A stretch of 63,956 bases of DNA, filler included, from Octopus bimaculoides (Eukaryota), in NCBI RefSeq assembly GCF_001194135.2. It is 6 parts of 6 records of this genome, joined end to end, with 100 filler letters (N's around TTAATTAATTAA, not from the genome) between each part and the next. Parts side by side here need not be neighbours in the genome. Positions count along the whole stretch, not along the records: positions 25,861 to 47,447 come from NC_069005.1; positions 47,548 to 59,512 come from NW_026307429.1; 4 more parts are not named here. One strand, written 5' to 3'. The position numbers and the translations under genes are program-made. A model generated the notes under the pieces. That model was not told the origin of the DNA. It searched no databases and saw nothing but the letters and a program-made list of their open reading frames with translations. Shown here piece by piece: positions 41,368-53,705 of the stretch. Position 1 is the first letter of the stretch. Every line of letters starts with the position of its first letter.

Positions 41368-42636
41368 ATAATTATTATTGTTTGTTAATGTGCCTGTTCT
41401 GAGACGACACGGCTTGCACATTCTTACTATTAACTTAATTAATAATTAATCATGCTTTCACAAATACGTTAAGATGATTTTATTAAATAAGGAATTACAT
41501 AAATCTTGGATCAAACATCTATAAGAAAATCATTCGATTTCTTGAATCAAGTATCGTGTTTGAAAATTCACTGAGTAGATGAAAAAAACTAACCTGACTG
41601 CTATTTGACTGTCTTTTATTTTCTTCTAATTTCCAATATTTGTTTTCATCGGAAGTAATATATTGTCCGGCATATGTTTTAGCAATTTTATTGCATTTTA
41701 CTAGGGTTATTGTGTAACCGTACGTTCATAATCCCATGTAAACACATCATTCTTATTTAATAAATATTTAATCATTTATTGAACCATTATGATGCCTGCT
41801 GGAATTAAAATACACTCAGAATTATAACACTACCAAATCCTTCGTTGAATTATTTGCGAAAAATCGTGTAAGAATAAAGGTATTGTCATATTTTAAAATT
41901 CCTCTGTGGCCATGTGTTGGCATTTGACGAAAGAAACATGGATTATAGGTGTTGTATAATCTGTTTGTTTATTTGTCTGTCAGTCTATATTTCTTTTCCC
42001 CACAATTTTTTTCAATTGCCATTGTCGCTGGTAGCATGTCGGCCATCTTTATCAATGTATTTATGTATACATATGTCATGTGCACATCCATACGCACATA
42101 ATCATAAATAAAATAAATATATACATTATATTATTTGTGTTATTTCGTTCTGAGCAAGAGAGAACACATTGTAATTTGAATTAGGATTAGAGTTAAGCAG
42201 CAAAGAGGATTTTTTTAAGGATTAAATATGCATTCTCTAAACTAGAGACGTCGAAGCATTTTAGTTTATTGCTGTTTAGATTTTGTATAAGTTTTCTGAT
42301 ATAATTTTGTTTTATTTTTCTAGAAAATAGTTACATGACTTTCAAGAAGAATACGCTTCAAGAGTTGAATAACATATTTATCGATTTACCAATTCTCGGC
42401 AAATGATGCAAAAGTATTCCAGCTGCGACAATTTCATGTTTAATTTATACTTTGTATATCTATGGCAACCTTAGTAAAACTCTCCTCCGATTTTCCCAGA
42501 AATTTCAGTGTAGGTTCAGATAGATATTAAGGTTCTCTTTGTAGTAAGTGTAACGGTCACACATAAAGACCACACGAAAGACACAAACTCATGAAACGCG
42601 AACGGACTCACATATACAAACACACACTCTCTCCCT

Positions 42637-42678
<42 letters not shown>

Positions 42679-43071
42679 AACATTCACACACCCACACACA
42701 CACACACACAAACATTCACACACACACATACACGCACACACACACGCACACACACGCACACACACACACACGCACACACAGACATATACGCAGAAATATA
42801 TGTTCTCTTGTGTTTTTCGTTCATTAGAAGCTAGCTTCTTCCTCCTTTGAAAAAACAGTTTGTTCTTAACAAACATGCAAAGTCTATCGCTGGAATTTAG
42901 ATATCGGAAATGATGTCACGTTTTAAACATGTGGAATGTCTTGCACATTTTTATTGCTCAACTTACAGTTTGTATTTGTAACGAGTAAATTAGTCGGTTG
43001 ATTTCTTTTTCTGAAAATCCAAACTTATCCAGAATGTCAGTTAGGCATGTATGAAGGTACGTATGTACGTG

Positions 43072-43103
<32 letters not shown>

Positions 43104-43312
43104 TGTATGTGTGTGTTTAAATGTGTGTGTTTTTCTTTTTTCTTCTATGTTATAAGTATTTGAAATCTTTCTGTAAGGAACAAGCTGGCTTCTCAGAAGG
43201 ATGTGGATCTATCCTGGGAATGTAAAATTTAAAACTGGAGTAACGTGTTACATATATATATATATATATATATATTTGTTTCCTTACAAATTATATATGT
43301 AATGTGCATTTG

Positions 43313-43408
43313 GTGGACGACATCTGTGCAAGGTGCCACTAAGTACGACTGAGAGTGAAACCATGTAGTTCAGGATCAGAGTTCTTACCACACAGCTGCG
43401 CCTGTAGG
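43313..43408 (-). mobile_element. SINE family B fragment, diverged
   Basis: caaggtgccac...aaaccatgtag...cttaccacacagctgcgcctg matches the reverse complement of the family B head. Confidence 0.6.
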
Positions 43409-44163
43409 TAAATACATCACAACTGTATACTTGTCTCACATAGCAGCCATATTCTGCAATATGAAACCATATTAACCTTAAATTTATAATTAATCTTGAA
43501 CAGTACTAAACAGCATATACTTTAGAAATATAACTGGCCTCATTCAGATTGTATTCCCATCTCTACAATTTTAAATTTGAACTATCATAATCATTTATCT
43601 AAAGTTCACTTGCCTCATAACCTACTTTTTATTCTATCGGTGTTGTAGCCGTCTGCCATATTTGCCGTCATGTTTTTGTTTTGGGTTTTGTTTTTAGTTT
43701 CATTGTTCCAATTTTTCTCTCGACGTTTTCTCGATTTCCGTTATCGTTGTATTTTTTTTCCCCTGAAATCTATTGTTTGGTTATTTTAATTCTTATAATA
43801 TTTTTTTGGTTTATTTCCTATTAGTTTGTTTTTATCATCCTATTTAAAACCTAACAGGATTTAATGAATAAATTATTATAGCATTCATTCAAATAAGATT
43901 ATTTCTCGTCAACATTCTTCATTGTATTTATTTTGGTGGTTTTTAGGTAGTATGTACTAATGTATTTGTTCTCCGTGTCGTAACTACAACAGTTGCAGAA
44001 AGGGCGGTAAGGGCAGCAGCACTACTAATAGTAATAGTAGTAGTCGTAGCAGGAGCAGCAGTAGCAGCAGCAGTAGCAGTAGTAGTAGTAGTAGTAGTAG
44101 TAGTGATACTACACATTTCTTCAGAATTTTGTTCTATATACATTGCGTTAGTCTATCTATCTT

Positions 44164-44217
<54 letters not shown>

Positions 44218-45635
44218 CATCTATCTATGTTAGATAAATACATAGATGACTGGATGGATGGATAGATAGGTAAATGGAAAGATAAATAGATACGTATAGG
44301 TGGATGGATAGATAGATATATACATAGGCAGATAGATAGACAGATAGATAGATAGATGGATAGATAGATATTTTAGACTCAAATTTACTACATGGAGGAA
44401 TTATTATGTTGTTTGAAATTAGATATCAGAGAAATCTTATAACACTCAATATCCGTCCCGTTCGTATGATCTGTCATTTCTAACCTAACGAATTACCCAA
44501 TATTCCACTCGTAGAGATCTATAAAAGTGGCGCCTCTCAATCACCCGATTTTCATCTAGAATGGTGAAACCTCCCTCCAGAAATTGGCTTCTCGGTGGTC
44601 TATACACGATGGAAAGAATTTTGACATATAGGCATGAAAAGGGAATGCGTTCTCCAAAATACTACGTAGTTTTCAATTCACTAAAACCATTTGCCGACTC
44701 TCAGTGTTGATTAATGTATTATGCAAAAATCTATTCTGTGATATACTCTCCAAAGCTGAACTCTTCAAACGCATGTATTTCGCATCTATTAAACCCACAC
44801 AAATATGCATACATTAATTCATCATTACACGCACGCACATACATGAATGTGTGTACATATATATATATATANNNNNNNNNNNNNNNNNNNNNNNNNNNNN
44901 NNNNNNNNNNNNNNNNNNNNNNNNNNNNNNNNNNNNNNNNNNNNNNNNNNNNNNNNNNNNNNNNNNNNNNNNNNNNNNNNNNNNNNNNNNNNNNNNNNNN
45001 NNNNNNNNNNNNNNNNNNNNNNNNNNNNNNNNNNNNNNNNNNNNNNNNNNNNNNNNNNNNNNNNNNNNNNNNNNNNNNNNNNNNNNNNNNNNNNNNNNNN
45101 NNNNNNNNNNNNNNNNNNNNNNNNNNNNNNNNNNNNNNNNNNNNNNNNNNNNNNNNNNNNNNNNNNNNNNNNNNNNNNNNNNNNNNNNNNNNNNNNNNNN
45201 NNNNNNNNNNNNNNNNNNNNNNNNNNNNNNNNNNNNNNNNNNNNNNNNNNNNNNNNNNNNNNNNNNNNNNNNNNNNNNNNNNNNNNNNNNNNNNNNNNNN
45301 NNNNNNNNNNNNNNNNNNNNNNNNNNNNNNNNNNNNNNNNNNNNNNNNNNNNNNNNNNNNNNNNNNNNNNNNNNNNNNNNNNNNNNNNNNNNNNNNNNNN
45401 NNNNNNNNNNNNNNNNNNNNNNNNNNNNNNNNNNNNNNNNNNNNNNNNNNNNNNNNNNNNNNNNNNNNNNNNNNNNNNNNNNNNNNNNNNNNNNNNNNNN
45501 NNNNNNNNNNNNNNNNNNNNNNNNNNNNNNNNNNNNNNNNNNNNNNNNNNNNNNNNNNNNNNNNNNNNNNNNNNNNNNNNNNNNNNNNNNNNNNNNNNNN
45601 NNNNNNNNNNNNNNNNNNNNNNNNNNNNNNNNNNN

Positions 45636-45670
<35 letters not shown>

Positions 45671-45684
45671 ATGTGTGTATATAT

Positions 45685-45885
45685 CGGCGTTGATGTGTGG
45701 TAAGAAGTTTGATTGACAACCACATGGTTCTAGGTTCAGTCCCATTGCGTTGTGCTTTGGACAAGTGTCGTCTGCTATAGCCTCCGGCTGAACAAATGCT
45801 TGTGAATGGATGTCGTTGTCTGAATCTGAAGTTAGCCTGTCGTATATAAATGCATGTGTGTCTGTGTTTGTCCCCATTTTCGAAT
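45685..45885 (+). mobile_element. SINE family B, diverged
   Basis: tgtgtggtaagaagtttg...aaccacatggttctaggttcagtcccattgcg...ggacaagtgtcgtctgctatagcc. Confidence 0.75.
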
Positions 45886-47815
45886 AATGACAGATACAAT
45901 TAAAAATCAAGTGGATAAAATTTTGTAGATTCCTTTTTTCTTCATATATCACAGCAAAAGGTTTGAAAAATTATTTCAACACAAACAATTTCATATGCTG
46001 ATTTTAAATTTATTTTTGAACCACCAAGAAATTCGAAACCATAACCTGAATTTGGCGATTTAACAAAGCTTCTCATATGTAATGTACACAGAAGTCATAT
46101 ATGTAACTAGGTATCAGTTTAAAACATATTTGTCCGATGTGAATGGGGACTAATCGAATTTATAACATTAGGCTGTCCTAAGTGTTGACCATATTAAAGA
46201 AAGTATCGTATTCATCGAGAGAGTTTTGGCGGCGTGCAATTTCTTATCATCTTAAAGGATAGCAAAGAAATGTACTCGTTGTCTAGGTAATGTTGGAACA
46301 GATAGGTAATCAATTTTTGCTGAATCTTCATTCTATAACAATACAAAACATAGTACATAGAAAGAAATAGAGCAAACCAGCTATTTCACTTCAGCATACC
46401 GTCTAGATGAGGGGAACTTATAGGTTTTATTGACTTTAGTTTTTACTATTCATGTGAGATAGATTTGTACTTTGATACCCCTTGAATCAATACGAATGAT
46501 AAATAAATTAATATATGAAAAATTAATCAACGAAACCAACCAGGCATATTTTAGATTGTAGTTTCCTATCACAAAAAGGAAAAAGAACGAGCAACAAAAT
46601 GACTGCCCGCTTCCATAGATGAAAGTGGAAATGAAATTAGAAGATATGTGTACACACGCACGCACACACATGTATATACATATATGTGTGTGTATTGTAC
46701 ATTTATAGACACATGTATATGTATTTAAATATATCTTCATACATATGTGGATGTGCATAATACGCACACACTTACTCACACACACATGCATACACACACG
46801 CATATATTCAAAAAGAAAACAACAAGAAAGAGAGAGAGAGAAACTGAAGGAAAGAGACATTTGTTAAAACAGACTTTCTATGGAGATCTCAAAGAAACAG
46901 AAATATCGGCGGGTGATAAAAGCGAAAGAATACAAGAAACTAGTGTTTGATGGCGCGAAATCTTGCGAGCAGCTGTTTATCAAACGACGATCGAACACAA
47001 ATATTATAATATTAGCAAAATCGCAAAAGTATATTTTTCCTCGCCATTGGTTTCGAAACATTGTACTCACCAAATGCTATATATTAAATATCGATTCACA
47101 GAAATATAATTTGTGCTATATTACATATATTTTGGAATTGTTTAGTCATCTCTAGGAATTCTAGAAATCAGGTATTCAGTTTTGTTTTTGCGGTTTTTTT
47201 TTTCCTTTATTGTTTGTATGTGTATGATTGTATGAGTGTGAATCACTGTTTGTACCTGTTTCTACATGGCCGTGGGTTTAGCTTGTTCAGACAAATGTGT
47301 ATCTATGTAGATGTATGAAAAAAAAGTGTTCATCGGAATACACAGTAACATACGTGTAAGTACACATACGTACAGGCAGCCACACAAGAATACGTACTCA
47401 TACAAAAATACACACAGAAACCTATATATATATATATATATATATATNNNNNNNNNNNNNNNNNNNNNNNNNNNNNNNNNNNNNNNNNNNNTTAATTAAT
47501 TAANNNNNNNNNNNNNNNNNNNNNNNNNNNNNNNNNNNNNNNNNNNNGGTATCGGATCTAAAAAATGCCCCAAAAGCAAAGAAGCAATTAAATAAGACAA
47601 CAAACTTCATGATGCAAACATGGAGCACACATAAGTCTCTTCAGGTTTTCCATTTCCTGGACGTGCCTTCCCAAAACCCTGTGGCCCCTTGATCCTGGCG
47701 AAAGACCCCTGTCTGAAACATTGGATGCTCCACTCACCAACAGCATCTCAGTGTTACAGAAGTGGCCCCTGCTGAGTTCCCCAAATAGATCACCACTACC
47801 CTTCTTTGATCCTGT

Positions 47816-48168
47816 TTAACCCTTTAGCATTCAAATTACTCAGTCAAATGTAATGCTTATTTATTCACAATGTTTTGAATTAATCATGCATTATCTAATA
47901 GCTTTAAAATTTCAATGGTGTGATGCTTTATTTCCAGAATGACATTGTAGGTTAGATGGGAGAGGTCAGATATGGCTAGTTTAAACATAAATCTCATTAA
48001 GTTCAATCTCGTTAGGTTAAGTGTAATAAGATGTTTAATTTATTTTGATAATCTATTTTGCACATTTTACCTCTTAATTTCCATAGCAAAAATATTAACC
48101 CTTTACAATTCAAATTACTCAGTCAAATGTAATGCTTATTTATTCACATTGTTTGGAATCAATCATGC
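47816..48168. mobile_element. Two direct copies (~75 bp; 47816 and 48096) of a repeat end beginning TTAACCCTTT, possibly a piggyBac-type MITE
   Basis: ttaaccctttagcattcaaattactcagtcaaatgtaatgcttatttattcaca versus ttaaccctttacaattcaaattactcagtcaaatgtaatgcttatttattcaca. TTAA followed by CCC is typical of piggyBac ends. Confidence 0.5.
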
Positions 48169-48394
48169 ATGGAAGGCGGACCTTAAACAACAATGATAAT
48201 GATGATCTCATAACTTCGTTATTTCAATTATGAGATTGTTCATTTTTAGAATACCATTAAGTGAGGTTCTTCTTCTCCCTAACACCCTGCATGTCCTATG
48301 TCATTGTATCTGTTTTCCTTATCTTAATCAACAGAGCGTATTACAGATATACGTTTTATTCTTTTAAATTGACAGATGTTTATTATTATTATTA

Positions 48395-48697
48395 TTATTC
48401 AGTAGTTTTATTTTTATAGCGTGCTTTCACTTCACTACCAAGCGCAGCTCTGTGTGCCTTGGGTATGTGCTGTGGTTTGTTGTGATGCTCTTATGGTTAC
48501 TGTATTGAAAGTGTTTTGCGTAGGATGTGTGCAGTGCCCAGTAGTGCAATTTTCTGTATGTTATATATATTTGTAAGTCCTGCTATTTTTGTTATGTATT
48601 TGTCTGAATATTTTTTTATTATACCAAAGGCACCTACTATGATAGGAATTGTTTCTGTTTTTAGATTCCACATTCGAGTTACCTCTATTTCCAGGTC
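48395..48697 (-). mobile_element. 3' end of an R4/Dong-like retrotransposon (third variant); remainder lies in the gap
   Basis: DLEIEVTRMWNLKTETIPIIVGAFGIIKK...IQKIALLGTAHILRKTLSIQ*, then a 3' UTR ending in (AAT)n at about 48380-48397. Confidence 0.88.
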
Positions 48698-49492
48698 NNN
48701 NNNNNNNNNNNNNNNNNNNNNNNNNNNNNNNNNNNNNNNNNNNNNNNNNNNNNNNNNNNNNNNNNNNNNNNNNNNNNNNNNNNNNNNNNNNNNNNNNNNN
48801 NNNNNNNNNNNNNNNNNNNNNNNNNNNNNNNNNNNNNNNNNNNNNNNNNNNNNNNNNNNNNNNNNNNNNNNNNNNNNNNNNNNNNNNNNNNNNNNNNNNN
48901 NNNNNNNNNNNNNNNNNNNNNNNNNNNNNNNNNNNNNNNNNNNNNNNNNNNNNNNNNNNNNNNNNNNNNNNNNNNNNNNNNNNNNNNNNNNNNNNNNNNN
49001 NNNNNNNNNNNNNNNNNNNNNNNNNNNNNNNNNNNNNNNNNNNNNNNNNNNNNNNNNNNNNNNNNNNNNNNNNNNNNNNNNNNNNNNNNNNNNNNNNNNN
49101 NNNNNNNNNNNNNNNNNNNNNNNNNNNNNNNNNNNNNNNNNNNNNNNNNNNNNNNNNNNNNNNNNNNNNNNNNNNNNNNNNNNNNNNNNNNNNNNNNNNN
49201 NNNNNNNNNNNNNNNNNNNNNNNNNNNNNNNNNNNNNNNNNNNNNNNNNNNNNNNNNNNNNNNNNNNNNNNNNNNNNNNNNNNNNNNNNNNNNNNNNNNN
49301 NNNNNNNNNNNNNNNNNNNNNNNNNNNNNNNNNNNNNNNNNNNNNNNNNNNNNNNNNNNNNNNNNNNNNNNNNNNNNNNNNNNNNNNNNNNNNNNNNNNN
49401 NNNNNNNNNNNNNNNNNNNNNNNNNNNNNNNNNNNNNNNNNNNNNNNNNNNNNNNNNNNNNNNNNNNNNNNNNNNNNNNNNNNNNNNNNNNN

Positions 49493-49524
<32 letters not shown>

Positions 49525-49526
<2 letters not shown>

Positions 49527-49735
49527 GGAGTGCTGAAAAGTTCCTGGCTCTCAGGGTATAGCAAAACCCTTGGTTGGCGGACCAACCTTCCGAGTTCTTT
49601 TACGAGGCTTAGAAACATTGAAGGACTGCTGCAATAAGTTTGTGAATCTGAGAGGGGGAATATGTTAAATAAAATCATAATTCACAGATCCTCCTGCTTT
49701 TTTCTTTTACCCAAAGCCAGGAACTTTTCACCACC
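49525..49735 (+). mobile_element. Mariner-derived MITE (~210 bp)
   Basis: TIRs gctgaaaagttcctggct / agccaggaacttttcacc; internal remnant of the mariner transposase C-terminus (KDCCNKFVNLRG...). Confidence 0.75.
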
Positions 49736-49990
49736 ACCTCATCCCATTAGCATAGCTTGGGGTGATAGGGGTGGTCTACCCAGGGCAGCACTTTTAAAGG
49801 AGTGGCACTTTTCATCTTGTTGTAGGCTATTGCTGAAGGCAATATGTTTTTTTGCGGGGTCCGAGGGCAGCAAATGGTAGGGCCACCCTGGGTGGCACAC
49901 ACTGTAGCTCCACTAGTGCCTCATCCATACATACAGACACGTCAATGACGTGTTATGGTACTCTGCGAGTTTACCTGTGAAACAACTTAC

Positions 49991-50157
49991 CGGAACAAGC
50001 AGCCGATGCATCTTCGTAGTGGCCACAATCTGTCCTTCCCCAACCGTTATGTATACAGCGGAATAAAGAACTCTCGGTGCCAACACAGTGGATATTGTCC
50101 ATCCAAATGTGACCATTCCCCTCACCGAAACGAGCAAATTGATAAGCTTCACCATGA
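49991..50157 (-). CDS. SRCR gene coding exon 5 (SRCR domain 2, C-terminal half)
   Basis: Acceptor tttttctttcag, donor ccg|gtaagt, 167 nt, phase 2 to 1: [55 protein letters not shown]. Confidence 0.93.
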
Positions 50158-50202
50158 CTGAAAGAAAAAAAAATAAAGAAAATGCTTTCAGTTTAATAGA
50201 GT

Positions 50203-50425
50203 TGGTATGAGCTGGCAGAAATGTTAGCGTGCCGGGCGAAATTTCATCTGCCATTATGTTCTGAGTTCAAATTCCACTGAGGTCGACTTTGCCTATCATC
50301 CTTTCGGGGGTCGATAAATTAAGTACCAGTTACGCACTGGGGTCGATGTAATCGACTTAATCCCTTTGTCTGTCCTTGTTTGTCCCCTCCATGTTTAGCC
50401 CCTTGTGGGCAATAAAGAAATAAGA
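50203..50425 (+). mobile_element. SINE family A, near full length
   Basis: gagctggcagaaatgttagcg...gagttcaaattccactgaggtcgactttgcctatcatcctttcgggggtcgataaattaagtaccag...gcaataaagaaataag. Confidence 0.88.
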
Positions 50426-50708
50426 ATTGGCATGAACATCACTAACTCTTGTTTATTTATATCATCTGTACATCAGTCTACATACCTCTCTATATATTCA
50501 CCAGTTTATCTATCCTGTCTGTCTGTCTACTATCTATATATCTATCTATCTGTTCATCTGTCTCTATCTCTCTATTTATCTATCTATCTATCTATCTGTT
50601 TGTTTATCTATCTATCTATCTATCTGTATGTCTGTCCGTCTGTCTATCTATCTGTCTGTCTGTCTGTGTATCTATCTATCTGTCTGTCTGTCTAACTTAC
50701 TTTTTGCT

Positions 50709-50760
<52 letters not shown>

Positions 50761-51367
50761 CTTTAAAAATAGAGCTCAAAATCAATGCATTGAAGATACT
50801 TTATTGCAGCAACAATTATAATAACAGAAACAACCACAATAAGCCAAACCTATGCACATTTCAATAGGGTATCCCGGATAAATAAACCACATCATAAGAT
50901 GTCTCGTAAAATATTGTAACAAATTACAACATATTACAAATTTCTGGATACTCCATCTCTTCAGGGTCGCATTATTGCCATCACCAATACTATTATTAGC
51001 AAGACACACACATCATCCAAGAGGGTGAAAGAATAATCGACGGCACGCAACCTACCATCGTTATTTTCTTACAGAATGTAAACAAACAAGTCAATTTGTT
51101 ACAATANNNNNNNNNNNNNNNNNNNNNNNNNNNNNNNNNNNNNNNNNNNNNNNNNNNNNNNNNNNNNNNNNNNNNNNNNNNNNNNNNNNNNNNNNNNNNN
51201 NNNNNNNNNNNNNNNNNNNNNNNNNNNNNNNNNNNNNNNNNNNNNNNNNNNNNNNNNNNNNNNNNNNNNNNNNNNNNNNNNNNNNNNNNNNNNNNNNNNN
51301 NNNNNNNNNNNNNNNNNNNNNNNNNNNNNNNNNNNNNNNNNNNNNNNNNNNNNNNNNNNNNNNNNNN

Positions 51368-51411
<44 letters not shown>

Positions 51412-51609
51412 TACACACACACATATACACACATATACAAACACACACACATACATAAATACACACATGCACACACATATATATACATATATTTATACAT
51501 TATATCTATACACACACACACACACACATACATTCACAAACACACTAACAAAATATGAAACAAAGAAGAAAGGCCAAGATTTGAACCCTCGTTACCAGGC
51601 TTACACTTA

Positions 51610-51819
<210 letters not shown>

Positions 51820-51820
51820 T

Positions 51821-51978
51821 CAGGAGTGGCTGTGTGGTGAGTAGTTTGCTTATCAACCTCATGGTTCTGGGTTCAGTCCCACTGCATGGCACCTTGGGCA
51901 AGTGTCTTCTGCTATAGCCTTGGGCCGACCAAAGCCTTGTGAGTGGATTTGGTAGACGGAAACTGAAAGAAGCCCGTC

Positions 51979-52015
<37 letters not shown>

Positions 52016-52178
52016 CACAGAAGTAGCTGTGTGGTAAGTAGCTTGCTTACCAGTCACATTGTTCCGGGTTCCATCCTTCAGCGTGGCACCTTGGGCAAGT
52101 GTCTTCTACTATAGCCTCAGGCCGACCAAAGCCTTGTGAGTGGATTTGGTAGACGGAAACTGAAAGAAGCCTGTCGTA
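51821..52178 (+). mobile_element. Two head-to-tail SINE family B copies (51821-51980 and 52012-52178)
   Basis: Both read ...ggcaccttgggcaagtgtcttct(g/a)ctatagcc...ggatttggtagacggaaactgaaagaagcc(c/t)gtcgtata; separated by (TA)n. Confidence 0.9.
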
Positions 52179-52633
52179 TATATATATATATATGCTCACG
52201 GTGTATGTGTATGCATATACTCAAGCTACTTACCTTCAATGTCAAATATGATTGGTTCCAAAGTTATATTCGTAGACTGGAAGGTACCTGGTAAAGGTAA
52301 TAAGATATGGTTAGGAGGTGGTGGCCACTTATTAATATCGTTATGATTAAAAAAAAATTTTTCCTATTACTCATATCAATATTATTATTATTATTATTAT
52401 GTGTTTTCCTTCTTTCAATTTTGTTTCCGTCTCTTTCCATGTGTCTTCCCAACACCTAGGGCAAAGAAACTCACTGTAAACATAGATAGACCATTAAAAT
52501 AAGCACACCAGATTTTTCATTTACAAAATCAAGAAAAGAAAGAAATTTACACGAGTTGTAAACCCTTTGTATCGTCCTGTTTTACCCTTTAAACGTATCT
52601 TTATATCAGCCATTGTAGCCAATAAAAGAATTT

Positions 52634-52674
<41 letters not shown>

Positions 52675-52689
52675 TATTATTATTATTAT

Positions 52690-52900
52690 GGTGATGGGCT
52701 GGTAGAATCATTAGCACGCCAGGCAAAAATACTTAGCGGTATTTCACCTGTAGCTACGTCGTGAGTTCAAATTCCGCCAACGTTGACTTTACTTTTCATC
52801 TTTCCAGGGTCGATTAAATAAGTACCAGCTACGCACTGGGGTTTGATGTAACTGACACATCCCCTCCCCCAAAACTTCTGCCCTTGTGGTAAAACTTGAA
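52690..52900 (+). mobile_element. SINE family A, diverged
   Basis: gggctggtagaatcattagcacgccagg...gagttcaaattccgcc...aaataagtaccagctacgcactgggg. Confidence 0.8.
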
Positions 52901-52970
52901 ACCATTATTATTGTTATTATATATATATATATTATAATATATATATTATTATATATATATATATATTATA

Positions 52971-53083
52971 GGTGTAGGAGTGGCTGTGTGGTAAGTAGCT
53001 TGCTTACCAACCACATGGTCTCGGGTTCAGTCCCACTGCGTGGCATCTTGGGCAAGTGTCTTCTATTATAGCCTCGGGCCGAC
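52971..53083 (+). mobile_element. SINE family B (ends in a gap)
   Basis: ggagtggctgtgtggtaagtagcttgcttaccaaccacatgg...ggcaagtgtcttctattatagcctcgggccgac. Confidence 0.88.
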
Positions 53084-53118
53084 NNNNNNNNNNGTAAAAG
53101 AGTATATATATATGTATG

Positions 53119-53163
<45 letters not shown>

Positions 53164-53242
53164 AATGTATATGTGTATATACATAAATACACACACACAC
53201 ACCATATATATAAAGTGAAAGATAGAGATAGGAAAGTCATAC

Positions 53243-53409
53243 TTGAACACACAACACCAGCATCTTCGTAGTGGCCACAATCGTGTTGCCCCCAGCCATT
53301 GCTGCTGCAGTTGAGTAAGCTGATCTCAGATCCTTTGCAGCTCACGTTGTCCATCCAGATCTGACCTGTTCCGGCACCATACCTTGCTGACGGCACTGGG
53401 CGACCATCA
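53243..53409 (-). CDS. SRCR gene coding exon 3 (SRCR domain 1, C-terminal half)
   Basis: Acceptor ttactcatttcag, donor caa|gtatga, 167 nt, phase 2 to 1: [55 protein letters not shown]. Confidence 0.95.
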
Positions 53410-53435
53410 CTGAAATGAGTAACAACAACAATATT

Positions 53436-53622
53436 ACAGTTCTATATTTAAGAGATGAGGAATTATTTACATTGTTTACATTATTTACATTTGACGGATA
53501 TTTGTCCTCATCTTGTTTGTTGTCAACACAACGTTTCGGCTGATATACCCTCCAGCCTTCGTCAGGTGTCTTGGGGAAATTTTGAACCTGGGTTCTCATT
53601 CCTAACGATGTTACTATTATTA

Positions 53623-53639
<17 letters not shown>
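53436..53639 (-). mobile_element. Headless inverted copy of the hammerhead-bearing SINE-like element
   Basis: 53475-53639 is the reverse complement of 53792-53956 with one mismatch; (ATGTAAATA)-type tail; no tRNA head. Confidence 0.85.
53525..53570 (-). ncRNA. Minimal type I hammerhead ribozyme motif (family 1), sense to the SRCR pre-mRNA
   Basis: GACAC-CUGACGA-A-GGCUG(GAGGGUAUAU)CAGCC-GAAAC-GUU-GUGUU. Confidence 0.82.
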
Positions 53640-53671
<32 letters not shown>

Positions 53672-53705
53672 TATAAGCCTTAAAATTCACCCCATAATTG
53701 CCCAC

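Noticed and set aside
46880-47155. 91-aa plus-strand ORF MEISKKQKYRR...
   Set aside because: No domain, no convincing splice signals; more consistent with regulatory or neutral sequence.
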